Origin: Octopus bimaculoides
Lineage: Eukaryota
Direction: 5' to 3'
Assembly (NCBI RefSeq): GCF_001194135.2
Contig: NC_068995.1
Span: 11,432,206 to 11,468,369 of the forward strand
Length of the DNA: 36,164 nt
The notes below the pieces were generated by a model, which did no database searches, had not been told where the DNA came from, and was given only the letters and a program-made list of their open reading frames with translations. Positions 13,131 through 25,335 of this stretch are shown in pieces; within the stretch, counting starts at the first letter, position 1; every line of letters starts with the position of its first letter. A program made the translations under genes and the position numbers.

Positions 13131-13319
13131 TTATTCAACCGTAGTTTTTCTAGGTAACTAAAACTACATAATTCAATGTCTTCAATCCTGTTCAAGCAGA
13201 GTTATAATTGAAAGCACTCCATTCGTGACCATCCCGCCTTTCATTCCGATGTTGCTTATCTAATTATCCGGAATTATATTATTGAATGTATTCTTGTATT
13301 CTTTTATCTCGTTAGTTCA

Positions 13320-14150
13320 TTAGTCGACTTGTGCCGCTTTACAGTTAGTTACAACCACTTTTGCCATCTAGTGCTGTATGCCTTTTGGTGATGCATTAGA
13401 TTAACTTGTGCCATCCGATGGTGTATTAATCGAATCGTTCTCATTACTGATGATAAATAATTGTGGCCTGTGCTACTCTGTGGTGATTTAGTATGGTATA
13501 TGTCACCCGATGATGAATTAATTGGGCACCTGTAAGATATCGGCGTATGGGGGTAACCTATGCCATCCAATGATATACAAGAGTGAGTGTGCTGTTTCAT
13601 CGTGTGCTGGAGCAACTTGTACCACCTGACATTGTATTAGTCGAATTGTACCATATTGTAGACTATTGACGTGACTTAGCCGTGATTTGTTATTAATAGT
13701 ACGTTTCTAAAACTTGTGTCAGCTGACGCTGTACAAGATCTACCTACTCGTTCCACCCGATGGCATATAATTGAATTTGATTTACCTGATTGTCTTCATG
13801 GTATATTAGTCGACTTACCTAATCGTAATAGAGTACCAGCTAATTTGTGTCCATTGCTCGTGTATTAATGGTATTTCTATGCGTAATAGTCATGTGACAA
13901 TGTACTAGCTTGACTTGTCCGACCTGATGGCGTCCATGGAATTTTGTATTACCTGATCGATATGATGGTACAGTGGTTGACTTACGTAATACTAGAGTGT
14001 ATTGGTGTATTTGCGTTAGTACATTAGATCGATTTATACTATGTAAATCAGTGCTATAATTTGTGTCATGTGATGGTGTATTCTAGCGAACGGCTATCCA
14101 TTTGTATCAGCTGATGATGGTATATTAATTGTGATTAGTGCCATCTCGTA
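13320..14150. repeat. Degenerate tandem array, unit about 30 bp (consensus near ttagtcgacttgtgccacctgatggtgta)
   Basis: Recurrent units at 13320 (ttagtcgacttgtgcc), 13396 (ttagattaacttgtgccatccgatggtgta), 13614 (aacttgtaccacctgacattgtattagtcgaattgtacca), about 13800, 13912 and 14058. Confidence 0.7.
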
Positions 14151-14164
14151 CTCTATTAGAGCTA

Positions 14165-14460
14165 TTGTGGCTGGGCACTCCGTCGCTTACGACAACTGCT
14201 CCAGTTGATTCGATCAATGGAACAGCCTGCTCGTTAAATTAACGCGCCAGTGACTGAAACCTCGACAGACACGCGGACCCTTAGCGCTAAGCGTCGGGAG
14301 ATTCAGCTTTTGACGAATGTGACAAGACAGGTCCATTGAACCACAGGTACAACACAGTTCTGCCAGCTGAGTGGACAGAAGTAACGTGAAATAGAGTGTC
14401 TTGCTCAAGAACATAACTCACCGCATCAAATCGAACTTACTACATTATTATCGTGAGATG
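14165..14460 (-). mobile_element. SINE family C, near full length
   Basis: cagctgagtggac..aacgtgaaatagagtgtcttgctcaagaaca..atcgaact is the reverse of the family C head and core; the body is homologous to 17825-18170. Confidence 0.7.
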
Positions 14461-14538
14461 CATACGGCAGCTACGAATTCCTGCACCTCCACTAGAGCTA
14501 CTAATAGCATCTAGTAACATCTAATAATGATTTCTACG

Positions 14539-14667
14539 AAATGCTTAGCCGTATTTCATCTGCCGCTACGTTCTGAGTTCAAATTCCGCCGAGGTCGACT
14601 TTGCCTTTCATCCTTTCAGGGACGATAAATTATGTACCAGTTGCGTACTGGGGTCGATCTAATCGAA
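14539..14667 (+). mobile_element. SINE family A fragment
   Basis: aaatgcttagccgtatttcatctgccgctacgttctgagttcaaattccgccgaggtcgactttgcctttcatcc; ends just before a gap. Confidence 0.85.
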
Positions 14668-14911
14668 TGGNNNNNNNNNNNNNNNNNNNNNNNNNNNNNN
14701 NNNNNNNNNNNNNNNNNNNNNNNNNNNNNNNNNNNNNNNNNNNNNNNNNNNNNNNNNNNNNNNNNNNNNNNNNNNNNNNNNNNNNNNNNNNNNNNNNNNN
14801 NNNNNNNNNNNNNNNNNNNNNNNNNNNNNNNNNNNNNNNNNNNNNNNNNNNNNNNNNNNNNNNNNNNNNNNNNNNNNNNNNNNNNNNNNNNNNNNNNNNN
14901 NNNNNNNNNNN

Positions 14912-14947
<36 letters not shown>

Positions 14948-14959
14948 TGTGTTATTGTA

Positions 14960-15155
14960 TCTCTGCCTACCACCACAGTTTGACAACTGATGCTGGTGTG
15001 TTTACGTCCCCTTCACCAAGCCGTTCGGCAAAAGAGACCGAAAGAATAAGTACTGGGCTTTAAAAAATTAATACGCCCTGGGGTCAATTCATTCGACTAA
15101 AACCCTTCATAGCGGTGCCCCATCATGGCTGCAGTCAAACGACTGAAAGAATTAA
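14960..15155 (+). mobile_element. SINE family B, 3' half
   Basis: gtttgacaactgatgctggtgtgtttacgtccc..gttcggcaaaagagaccgaaagaataagtact..gcggtgccccatcatggctgcagtc; homologous to 10485-10677. Confidence 0.8.
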
Positions 15156-16129
15156 AGGTATATATATTGTATGTGTCTATGTATATATATCAACGTATAT
15201 CTATATAAGTATGTTTGTGTGTGTGTGTGTATTATTTCAAAAAACTGCTAACTTAATAAATTAATTAGTTATCGTTTAATCATATAAAACGTCGGCTTAC
15301 GTATTCAGATTAGGGATTCGTATAAATAATCCTAAGTGAATACAGTCAGTGTCAATCAAGATTGAATCTTATATTATAAGGCTTTATACAACCAGAAAAA
15401 AAAATCAATTCATTTTACAGCTGTACATGTAACGTTTTAATTTCATCTTTCTGTCTAAGACCGGTTTCTCTCGCTTTCTATTTTTGATTTAGTTTCCACA
15501 CACACACACAGACATATACATACAAACCGACACATGCACAGACAAATACATATGCAACCTGTTCGTTCACAGACATATACATACTCAACCTATACGCACA
15601 AGCATTTTTAGATTGACCAATCCATCAGATCAATACAGCTTATTGTATCCTTCACTTGCAGACTGGATCGTTTGCAGGTGTCATTGATCTGGTTGGTCAG
15701 GACTGATAACAATTAAAATTGATTGAAAATAAAAAATAATATAATGGAAAATAATTCGTGATTTAATACATTATCTGGTAAAACCCCTCCTGGATGTACT
15801 TGTCAATTATGCGAGCCAAAGAACAGGTCCTAAGTGGTCGCTCCATGTGTAAGAAATAGCAGCTATATGTCCTTCTAATTACTCGTTATCGCTTTCAAAG
15901 TGGAAGGAGACTGTTGGATGATGTTGTTTTAGATATTCTGGTTCATACTCTCGGCGTTTTGGGGGAAAATATTCTTCGTGTGTGATAGAATAGAAAGGGT
16001 TATCCTAGAGTAAAGGGATACTCTTAATTCTGGATGGTGTACCAGTATGTCCTGCGCTGAGCATAGAGGAATTGACTCTGAGAAGGAGAAGCAGAGAGAG
16101 AGAGAGAAAGAGAGAGAGAGAGGAGAGAG

Positions 16130-16230
16130 TGAAAAAGCCGTTTTCCAGTTATTTTGCAAACACAGAGACAAACAGACAGAGACAAGTGGTTACTATACCC
16201 TGCTTTCGCTTACGCGCGCAGGGTAATTAT
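16130..16230 (-). mobile_element. DINE-1/HINE-like (Helentron-associated) non-autonomous element end
   Basis: Minus strand: ttaccctgc-gcgcgtaagcgaaa-gcagggtatagt (8-bp stem at 16196-16203 / 16218-16225), then a GTCT/GTTT microsatellite and gcaaaataactggaaaacggct. This is the hairpin plus microsatellite layout of DINE-1-type elements. Confidence 0.55.
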
Positions 16231-17229
16231 AAAAACATATTAAGAAGACAAAATATATTTACTTTTAATTTGAAACAAAACACTGAGTGAATATCTGTGT
16301 AGTTGTCAGGCATATTAGAAAAATGACAAAATAAAGCAAGAACCGCGAAATCTTCTTCAAAACACATTCCACAATCTTAAAAATAAATCAGGCAAATATT
16401 TATTCAATAATGTGTAAAATTTCTTGATGCACTGTGGATACATATGATCGGATACTCAACAGTAGAACAGCTTACATCATAGGTCAGTTCAATTGGGGCT
16501 AAACCGGTGCTGAATAACAGCGAAAACTCCCTAATTTACGATTAATGATTGATATACCGTTCTATAAAATTTTAAAGATTTCATGCATTCGACTGCCACT
16601 ATGCTAATCCTATACAGATCTCATTGTATAGATATGACCTTTACCTTAAAAAGACCTTCTATTATGTTTATTTATTGGACTGTTGTGACCTTTACCTTGA
16701 AAATGCACACATATATTTTTTCAAGGAGACGAGTATAAGTCCTCAACTTTTCGAGGATAAGTTATGCGTCGTTTTTTTCTGAAATTCTTTTTGCCCACTA
16801 ACCGAAAAACTAAAACTTTTGCATATCAAGAAGCGCAGAAATGGACACTGGTAAAATTACTGCAGAGAAAAATAATTAATTTATAGTAATTCTACAAAAT
16901 AGTGAGGTATTTTGAAAACAAAAAAGATCTTCTGGAAAATAAAAAGAAATAGTTGGGATAAAATTTGTTTTTACGTTCTGTATTTGTCTTTCTTGTGTGT
17001 TTTTTTCTTTTATGAAAATTAACTTGAACAATCTTTGATTCATACCTTTGAAATAATCCTGAGTATGTGAGTAAATTAAGGTTCCTCAACTGGCTGAAAA
17101 TGGTTCGCAGCGTTCTGATGTAATTTATCAGAAATGCAGTAAATTGTGGTCATGCTATTTGAGTTATTAATCAACCGGAGTTGGGTCTTCTAGTGCTGTT
17201 TGTATTGAATATTCTTATCTGAGATACAC

Positions 17230-17337
17230 GATGTCAGAAGAAAATATGACAGGATGGTCACAGACTGCTTGTAATTATGGTTTTATTCGGCCAGAACCGA
17301 TTTGAGTAAAAGTAGTAACAACAACAAGAACAACATC
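17230..17337 (+). mobile_element. SINE-like family D, 3' tail ending in (AAC)n
   Basis: gacaggatggtcacagactgctt..tatggt..gccagaaccgatttgagtaaaagtagtaacaacaacaagaac; similar to 34510-34599. Confidence 0.5.
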
Positions 17338-17824
17338 GTAATGTAGTTCGAAATAAATTCTCTGTCATTTGGGTATTTGATAAAAAAGAAAAATTCAAAA
17401 CATTAGAACTTTGAATAAGTATTTAACGTTTTAGCTATCGATACAAAACTGTAGTGAGGTGGGATTCTGCCATAGTCAATTTCACATCTTTCAAAGGGAA
17501 TCGATAACTTAAATTTTATCGATTTTCAAGTTGATTGATCTTTCAAAGGAATCGAATACTTACGGATTAGGAGAAAATTTATTGATTGCTTTAAAACAAA
17601 ATTCTACTTCACATTATCGATCAACTTTAAAATTAATTTTTTTTCAAAAATGTAGTTCATAACGATCTTATTTTTTTTAATTATTTCGAAGTGGACAATT
17701 ATGTTATATTAAAAAAAAAATATCATATTAAAGTCAAGAGCGTTGGTTCTGGCAGGAACAAGTAGCGTTTTAGAATTTTTACTCAACCAAACAGTGAATT
17801 ATCGATACCTATACATTGATACTG

Positions 17825-18170
17825 CAAAACATCCGCGGTTAACGGGTACTCCGTCGATTACGACGACGAGTGTTCTTGCTGACCTGATCACCAGAACTAC
17901 CTGCTCGAGAAATTAAATTATAATTGGCTGAGCACTGCAGAGATACGCGTATCCCTACGGTACTTCTCGGGGAAATAAAGTGTGACACAGAATGTGATAA
18001 GGTGGTTCATCGAAACGCAGGTACAGCTCTTTTTCGTCAGCTGAGTGGAGCGGAGAAACGTGGTGGTATCAAGTATCTTGCTGAAGGACACTAAGCGTCG
18101 CTAAGAAATCGAACTCATGCCCTTACGATTGTGAGCTGAATATCCTAACCACTTAGCCATGTGCCATCTA
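17825..18170 (-). mobile_element. SINE family C, near full length
   Basis: cagctgagtggagc..tatcttgctgaaggacact..aatcgaactc..cctaaccacttagccatgtgcc is the reverse complement of the tRNA-like head and core. Confidence 0.75.
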
Positions 18171-19365
18171 TTCGCGTTTAAAGCTTGACTCGAACCTGTA
18201 GGTTCCTTAAGCCAGAGATTATCTGAAGACCGCGGCATACAAGTGATTGGAATAACAAGTCTTCATTGGACGGGAAGGCCGCCGGCTGGAAAGTCAACCT
18301 ACAAGACTGCTGTTAACTTATTTAGGCAAAACAAGAAATGCAGCGCCTTCCTCAAGGACAGGACGCATCATATGGACAAGACATCGGATGTTGGGTGTTA
18401 AGCTCATAAGCCCAGCTCATAAGCCCTCGTAACCACAAGGTAACGCATCTTCACATATACATGATAAAAACGTTTAAAATCCAATGTTCCTGGATTCAAA
18501 GTCTATTGGTTATCTTAGCTTCTGTGTCTTTAAATTTCCAGCGTCAAGCTGGTCGTATTAGCTTCGCTTGTTTTGTTAATTTTCCCACTGTGACGATAAT
18601 CTGGTGATTATAAGAATATGTGATTTGATTAGAACGAAGCCTCTATTTTAAAACCTCCCTAGAAAACTCACGTACGAAATAGCTACAATTATAGTTATCA
18701 TGGCAAAGGCATGTCTTGACTGGGAACGTTCGAATGAAAAGGATCAGAAGGGCCAACGTAGGAGTATTTATGTAATCGTTCCACCTATAAAATTGATACC
18801 TTAATCTTCGTCGAGCTTCGCCCTACCAACTTTAAGAAAGCATTGCATAAAAGATCATAGCCTAAATCTATCTAGAGCATATCTCTAAATGTACAGCAAA
18901 CACAATATTACAGGTATGAATCATTTCAAAGAGGAAAGCATGCTCGAAGTGTATGGTGAAGGTTATGTAGAGTGCTCTCCCTTCGTCTAACGCTTAATTT
19001 TAACTCTGAAAAAAATTCAGCAAATTTTCTTGCAACATATTTGAAATCTTTTAAATGATTGTGATGCATCATTCTTAAGAATGTATTTGACGAGATAAGC
19101 GAATGCAGAGAAGACAATAAGCATGCTTTTTGATGATAATACTTCGAAATTTTAGATTTTATATAGAAATATACACATAACCACGCCGTGGGAGATTAAA
19201 GGATTATGTGAAATAAAATATTAATCTTCATCTTTATTTCAATAGATATGACATCCATTATGGTGGATTAAATTCATTACCTTAAGAACGGATTTTATGG
19301 TGCAACTATCAATTGTAATGCTACCAGACCTGCATATAATACATAAATTTAAATTGTTGCAATAC

Positions 19366-19413
<48 letters not shown>

Positions 19414-19533
19414 CTGTGTATATTTAGTATATTTATGTTCATATATGTGTATATATATAAACATGTCTGTATGTATGTTTGTACGTATCTGTCTACACAC
19501 ACAAGCACACACACACAGACACGCACGCATTCA

Positions 19534-19760
19534 TACAGGAGGTGGTGCTGTGAAAAGTTGTTCTTGCCTTTAAGGGGTCCGCGAAAGACCTGGCTGGAGG
19601 CCCAAACTTTGTAGTTCTGTTACAGAGCTTAGAAAACCTGAAGGACTGATGCAATGAGTGTGTAAAGGTGAGAGGGGAAAACGCTAAATAAAATCATAAT
19701 TTCCTTATCTCCCTGTATTCCATTTTACTCAAACCCATGAAATTTCAGCACCACCTCGTA
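19534..19760 (+). mobile_element. Mariner-derived MITE with terminal inverted repeats and TA ends
   Basis: Left tacaggaggtggtgctgtgaaaag versus right tttcagcaccacctcgta (TACGAGG-type TIR). The interior reads LQSLENLKD*CNECVKVRGENAK*, resembling the mariner transposase C-terminus (GxxKLxxRWxKCVxxxGxYVE). Confidence 0.75.
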
Positions 19761-20882
19761 TATATATATATATATAACAAACGAAAGACAGAAGGTGGAA
19801 TATACGAGAATATATTATTAATCACCACAATTGCTTCGTCACTTCTACCATCGACTCCTCTTGTAGGACACACAAAAATTACTTCAGAAGTATTCTAGGT
19901 ATTATATANNNNNNNNNNNNNNNNNNNNNNNNNNNNNNNNNNNNNNNNNNNNNNNNNNNNNNNNNNNNNNNNNNNNNNNNNNNNNNNNNNNNNNNNNNNN
20001 NNNNNNNNNNNNNNNNNNNNNNNNNNNNNNNNNNNNNNNNNNNNNNNNNNNNNNNNNNNNNNNNNNNNNNNNNNNNNNNNNNNNNNNNNNNNNNNNNNNN
20101 NNNNNNNNNNNNNNNNNNNNNNNNNNNNNNNNNNNNNNNNNNNNNNNNNNNNNNNNNNNNNNNNNNNNNNNNNNNNNNNNNNNNNNNNNNNNNNNNNNNN
20201 NNNNNNNNNNNNNNNNNNNNNNNNNNNNNNNNNNNNNNNNNNNNNNNNNNNNNNNNNNNNNNNNNNNNNNNNNNNNNNNNNNNNNNNNNNNNNNNNNNNN
20301 NNNNNNNNNNNNNNNNNNNNNNNNNNNNNNNNNNNNNNNNNNNNNNNNNNNNNNNNNNNNNNNNNNNNNNNNNNNNNNNNNNNNNNNNNNNNNNNNNNNN
20401 NNNNNNNNNNNNNNNNNNNNNNNNNNNNNNNNNNNNNNNNNNNNNNNNNNNNNNNNNNNNNNNNNNNNNNNNNNNNNNNNNNNNNNNNNNNNNNNNNNNN
20501 NNNNNNNNNNNNNNNNNNNNNNNNNNNNNNNNNNNNNNNNNNNNNNNNNNNNNNNNNNNNNNNNNNNNNNNNNNNNNNNNNNNNNNNNNNNNNNNNNNNN
20601 NNNNNNNNNNNNNNNNNNNNNNNNNNNNNNNNNNNNNNNNNNNNNNNNNNNNNNNNNNNNNNNNNNNNNNNNNNNNNNNNNNNNNNNNNNNNNNNNNNNN
20701 NNNNNNNNNNNNNNNNNNNNNNNNNNNNNNNNNNNNNNNNNNNNNNNNNNNNNNNNNNNNNNNNNNNNNNNNNNNNNNNNNNNNNNNNNNNNNNNNNNNN
20801 NNNNNNNNNNNNNNNNNNNNNNNNNNNNNNNNNNNNNNNNNNNNNNNNNNNNNNNNNNNNNNNNNNNNNNNNNNNNNNNNNN

Positions 20883-20922
<40 letters not shown>

Positions 20923-21572
20923 GTATATCTTGGTGTGTAAGTACATATATATATATATCATATATACAAGCATATATATATTTATATACACATTTACACA
21001 CATGCACACACAGAGACGTACAAACACGCAGACACATACATGTATATATGTTTTACACCTTTCGCTTCTCCCCTCCAATAAAAGAATGTCTTATTACTTC
21101 TGATAGCTCTGATAGGAAGAAATATAATTTCTAGGTATTAGAAACTTGTCATTTTTGAAGCACATGATATCGATAAAAATACAGTGATAATGTTTGATAG
21201 ACAGGCCCTATTTTACGAAACTCACATACGGCAGCAACTGATAATTTCAGCATGTAGTTTTCTTATCAGTCACGATGTTTTTATTTCACACTTTTCATTG
21301 CTAATCTTTCTCTCCATCTCTCTATCTTCCTTGGCCTCTCTCCTCTTTCTCACTTTCACTTCCCCTCTGCGTCTTTCTGTCCCTGCGTTTTTTCTCCCAG
21401 TTTCTCTCCTTGTCTCATTAATTCACCTTACTATATATATATAAATGTATGTATGTATATATATAACTCTGGTTCTATTTTGTTTATTTTGTTTTTCCTC
21501 CCTATGCCTTTCTCTATCTAGCACTCTGTGTATGTCTATATACTATTTCAAGGTATAGGTATCTAATTATGC

Positions 21573-21606
<34 letters not shown>

Positions 21607-22232
21607 NNNNNNNNNNNNNNNNNNNNNNNNNNNNNNNNNNNNNNNNNNNNNNNNNNNNNNNNNNNNNNNNNNNNNNNNNNNNNNNNNNNNNNNNNNNNNN
21701 NNNNNNNNNNNNNNNNNNNNNNNNNNNNNNNNNNNNNNNNNNNNNNNNNNNNNNNNNNNNNNNNNNNNNNNNNNNNNNNNNNNNNNNNNNNNNNNNNNNN
21801 NNNNNNNNNNNNNNNNNNNNNNNNNNNNNNNNNNNNNNNNNNNNNNNNNNNNNNNNNNNNNNNNNNNNNNNNNNNNNNNNNNNNNNNNNNNNNNNNNNNN
21901 NNNNNNNNNNNNNNNNNNNNNNNNNNNNNNNNTATGTATGTATGTATGTATGTATGTGTGTATATGCATGCATAAATGCATACGATACATGCAATCAGCA
22001 AGCCATGTATGCGCGCGCACATCAAAATATGTAAGTATGTATGCATGCATGTATCGTCAAATCCATTTAGCACTTCATTCGTATTAATCTTTATTGACAG
22101 ACTATATTTTATCATCCATATTCTTTCACATAAAGGGGTTTAGTGTGGTAGAAACCATATCCATATATTTCTTTTATATCTTTACAAATCTATATCTCGT
22201 GAATCTGCGATAGTCTTTGTTTCACACAAAGT

Positions 22233-22710
22233 TTAAACTTGATCTTTGTGTCATTCTTATTGTTTCCTTAAAACCTGAGCTCAGTATCTTTTCTATTGCG
22301 ATTACATTTTTTTTTGTAACATATGCGCTTGACCCCTTTTCCATTCTCATTGTTTATTTATATCACGTGAGCAATATGAGAGTGATTTTCATTGTATGAA
22401 TCAATGTATAAGCTCAAATATTCATTAAATTGTTTCTTCTTTTATTAGTAGCGTACTATGTGTCTTTGATTGTTATTGTGTCTCCTTTTTTACTTGAGCT
22501 TGATCACTGCTGTTCATTCTCAAGATGTCTCTTCCCTTTTGAGCCAGATCTTTCGTTTTCCTGTTATTTTCTCATAATTATTTGTGCTGGATCTATCTTC
22601 CATTGTTAATACTTATCTTATCAATTGAATCCGATTTAGTTTTCATTGCGAGTGTTACTGTTAATATTTGAGCTCGACCTTGCTTTGTCATTCTTTAGTA
22701 ACATGCAACA
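22233..22710. repeat. Degenerate tandem array, about 11 units of about 43 bp
   Basis: ttgagc(t/c)(c/t)gatc..ttcatt..ttgtt-like unit starts at 22233, 22275, 22323, 22367, 22408, 22448, 22494, 22539, 22582, 22625 and 22668 (mean spacing 43.5). Confidence 0.65.
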
Positions 22711-23075
22711 TGCTGTCACGGTCCTTTAGGAAATATTACTAAAGTTTAATTATATCTTCTAGCTTCAGAATTGTTTTGTTTAAGTTTTATTTTGTGTGTT
22801 AAATTTAGCATAGTTCCATTATATGTTCTTCGATTCGAGAAAACTCTCGCGGTTCCGTGTTTTGCTTTCAGTTGTATTTTTTTCTCTAAAATTAATATTT
22901 TGACCATTTATTGGTACTTGAAACTGATAGTGGAAGTTCTGATATTCCTTCAGAATTATTCCTCCCCCTCCTATCCGTGTCTACCAATAAGGACTTTTTG
23001 ATTAACCGTTAATTTCTTTAATGATTGCAGGAATTTCTGCATGCTACTTACTCTTGGATTCTAAATGGGAATACC

Positions 23076-23295
23076 AGAGGAATATATTTTTCCACCTAAG
23101 GCAACAGGAATAAATTATTATTACAAGAATTTTAATTTAATAAGTTACGATAATTTGAATTTTTCAAATTTTTCTTCTTTTCTCTCTTTCTTGTTTTATT
23201 ATATTTTATTTTTTTTCATTCAACGGAAATTTCAATTTCAACACCACTCATATAATTTATGCCACAGTCACGGTGAACACAAAGGCGTACACACA
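23076..23295 (+). repeat. Copy A of a roughly 200-bp AT-rich direct repeat (partner 25143-25335)
   Basis: agaggaatatatttttccacctaaggcaacaggaataaattatt..aatttgaatttt..ttcaacggaaatttcaa..aacaccactc aligns colinearly with copy B. Confidence 0.75.
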
Positions 23296-23942
23296 CACGC
23301 ACACACACGCACACATATACACTCACACACACACAAACATTTCCAATATGCCTCTGTGTTTGTGTGCGCGTGTATGTGTGTGTTTAATATGTATAACAGA
23401 AAAAAATATTTCACAAAGAAAATTAACGAGTGCGCGATATGTGGCATTGAGATTTTCCCTATGTATTGCCATGTTACAAGGTGTGAATCGTAAATTCCGT
23501 GCACATGCAAAATGACACATTTAAATATTTACATCCGTACATACATTTATACACACACCCCGCACGCACGTGCGCCCACACACACATACACATACATACA
23601 CACACATACATACAGCCGTTCACACACAGACACACACAAAGACACACGCATACGCGAACAGGCACACACAGAGACACACAGACAAATACACACACATACA
23701 CACGGACACATTTAGCTGTTCGATAAAATCATTCGTTTCTTTCTGCTGTTATTTAAATTAACACGAAACTTACCGTTAATTATAGTGTTTTGTGTGTTTT
23801 GTAGCTCTGTTCTTCCTCCATAATTCTTGCTTATCGTTTGTGAAATGTGAATAAATCTCTCCTCTTTTCAGACATACGACTGCATAGCGCCGAGTAGAAA
23901 ACAAAATGAGCGGTTTTGACATATGCTTTTCTTCGCTTTCAG

Positions 23943-24001
23943 TTCATATTCCGAAGCTGTCAAGGCCGTTTAAGACATTATTTGTCATCTGTACGAAGAA
24001 G
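23943..24001 (+). CDS. Candidate internal exon FIFRSCQGRLRHYLSSVRR(R), phase 0 to 2. Alternative reading: exon 23872-24001 with ATG at 23906
   Basis: Acceptor gcttttcttcgctttcAG and donor AAG|GTACTT; phase fits 27177. A second acceptor (tctctcctcttttcAG, 23871) shares the same donor and gives MSGFDICFSSLSVHIPKLSRPFKTLFVICTKK. Confidence 0.45.
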
Positions 24002-24177
24002 GTACTTTTACAAAAAGAACTCCCCAATTCATGATCTTCCAAGCCTCAAGATAAGAAAATTCGATCTCATAGCGTCTACGAGTTCCAGCCGACTTATACA
24101 CTTCGATGAGGTTCCATTGAACCAGCACAACCTCAAAGATCCGTGTCAGTCTACTAAGGAATTAGCCCAGCACATAA

Positions 24178-24410
24178 GGCGGTGAGCTGGCAGAAACGTT
24201 AGCACACCGGGCGAAATGCTCAGCGGTATTTCGTCTGCCGTTACGTTCTGAGTTCAAATTCCGCCGAGGTCGACTTTGCTTTTCATCCTTTCGGCGTCGA
24301 TAAATTAAGTATTAGTTACGCACTGGGGTCGATGTAATCAACTTAATTCCTTTGTCTGTCCTTGTTTGTCCCCTCTATGTTTAGCCCCTTGTGGGCAATA
24401 AAGAAATAAG
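24178..24410 (+). mobile_element. Full-length SINE family A (tail type 1)
   Basis: Same head, core and tail as 6729-6962, with few substitutions. Confidence 0.9.
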
Positions 24411-24454
24411 ATGTGATGCAATCATGACACATCCCTCCGGCACCTTCATTCGAT

Positions 24455-24837
24455 GGGTAAGGTCCAAACTGTCCGACCAGTAACACACGACAACACTTAC
24501 CCCTCACCACCATCACTGTGTCGCTAATTTTACCAAAAATGCCATTCCAGTGCTCAGTCGGGAAGTTGTATCGCAACCACAGAACACTACCGACATACAG
24601 CCTTCAGATTATCACCTTTTTCGGCCCCTCTCCTACAGTTTGCGAGTCGTGGACTGAAAATTTGGCCCGATCAATTCTCTGAGTGCAGACTCGGTAATTT
24701 CTCTCGTCAAGTCATTCACAAACTTGAGGAAAGTTGGCAAGAAGTGAACAATGGAAGAGAATATATTATTTAATGGTTTGCTAAAATTATTGTTGAAATA
24801 TAAATATAGACAAACGAGTTAATCTGACATCCCAATA
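24455..24837 (+). mobile_element. Decayed mariner (DD34D-type) transposase 3' end with right terminal repeat
   Basis: HDN..(frameshift)..HCVANFTKNAIPVLSREVVSQPQNTTDIQPSDYHLFRPL resembles HDNARPH..WEVLPHPPYSPDLAPSDYHLFRSL. IHKLEESWQEVNNGREYII* resembles GIxKLPERWQKVIxxNGxYI. Ends in a TIR-like aaacgagttaatctgacatcccaata. Confidence 0.8.
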
Positions 24838-25142
24838 CACACACAGACACACACACACACACATTAAATGTGATGCAAATATTATCTGTTATAGAACTTA
24901 AGACGTAGTGTAGAGTAGACAAATATCTTCATTACATCTGCAAGATGCTTCTGAACCGTGAAAACAACTATGATCAACCACAGGCGATACCCGAGTAAAC
25001 ATGTATTTTTATACAATAACACACACACACTCCCTATCCCTCTCTCTCTCTCATAACATACACATACACAGATAAAGACACACTCTCTATCTATCTGACA
25101 CACACACACATTAACAGACATATAACTCCGTACGATAGTCCT

Positions 25143-25335
25143 AGAGGAATATATTTTTCTGCCTACGGCAAAGAAATAAATTATTGCAGAGTTTATAATT
25201 TAATAAATTAAGTTAATTTGAATTTTCGTATGATTTTTCTGTTCTTCCTTTTTTCTTTATAATTCAACAGAAGTTTCAAATTAACACTACTCTTATCTTC
25301 TACAATACAATCCTGAAAAACGTACATACACACAC
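25143..25335 (+). repeat. Copy B of the roughly 200-bp AT-rich direct repeat
   Basis: agaggaatatatttttctgcctacggcaaagaaataaattatt..aatttgaatttt..ttcaacagaagtttcaaattaacactactc. Confidence 0.75.

Noticed and set aside
15880-15985. RRLLDDVVLDILVHTLGVLGENILRV frame
   Set aside because: It overlaps a repeat-derived segment similar to about 34340-34420, is bounded by stops and has no donor.
18189-18401. 70-codon open frame (GSLSQRLSEDRGIQVIG..) and a 13-bp tandem duplication at 18401-18426
   Set aside because: Poor acceptor, no recognisable motif and length within chance for this GC level.
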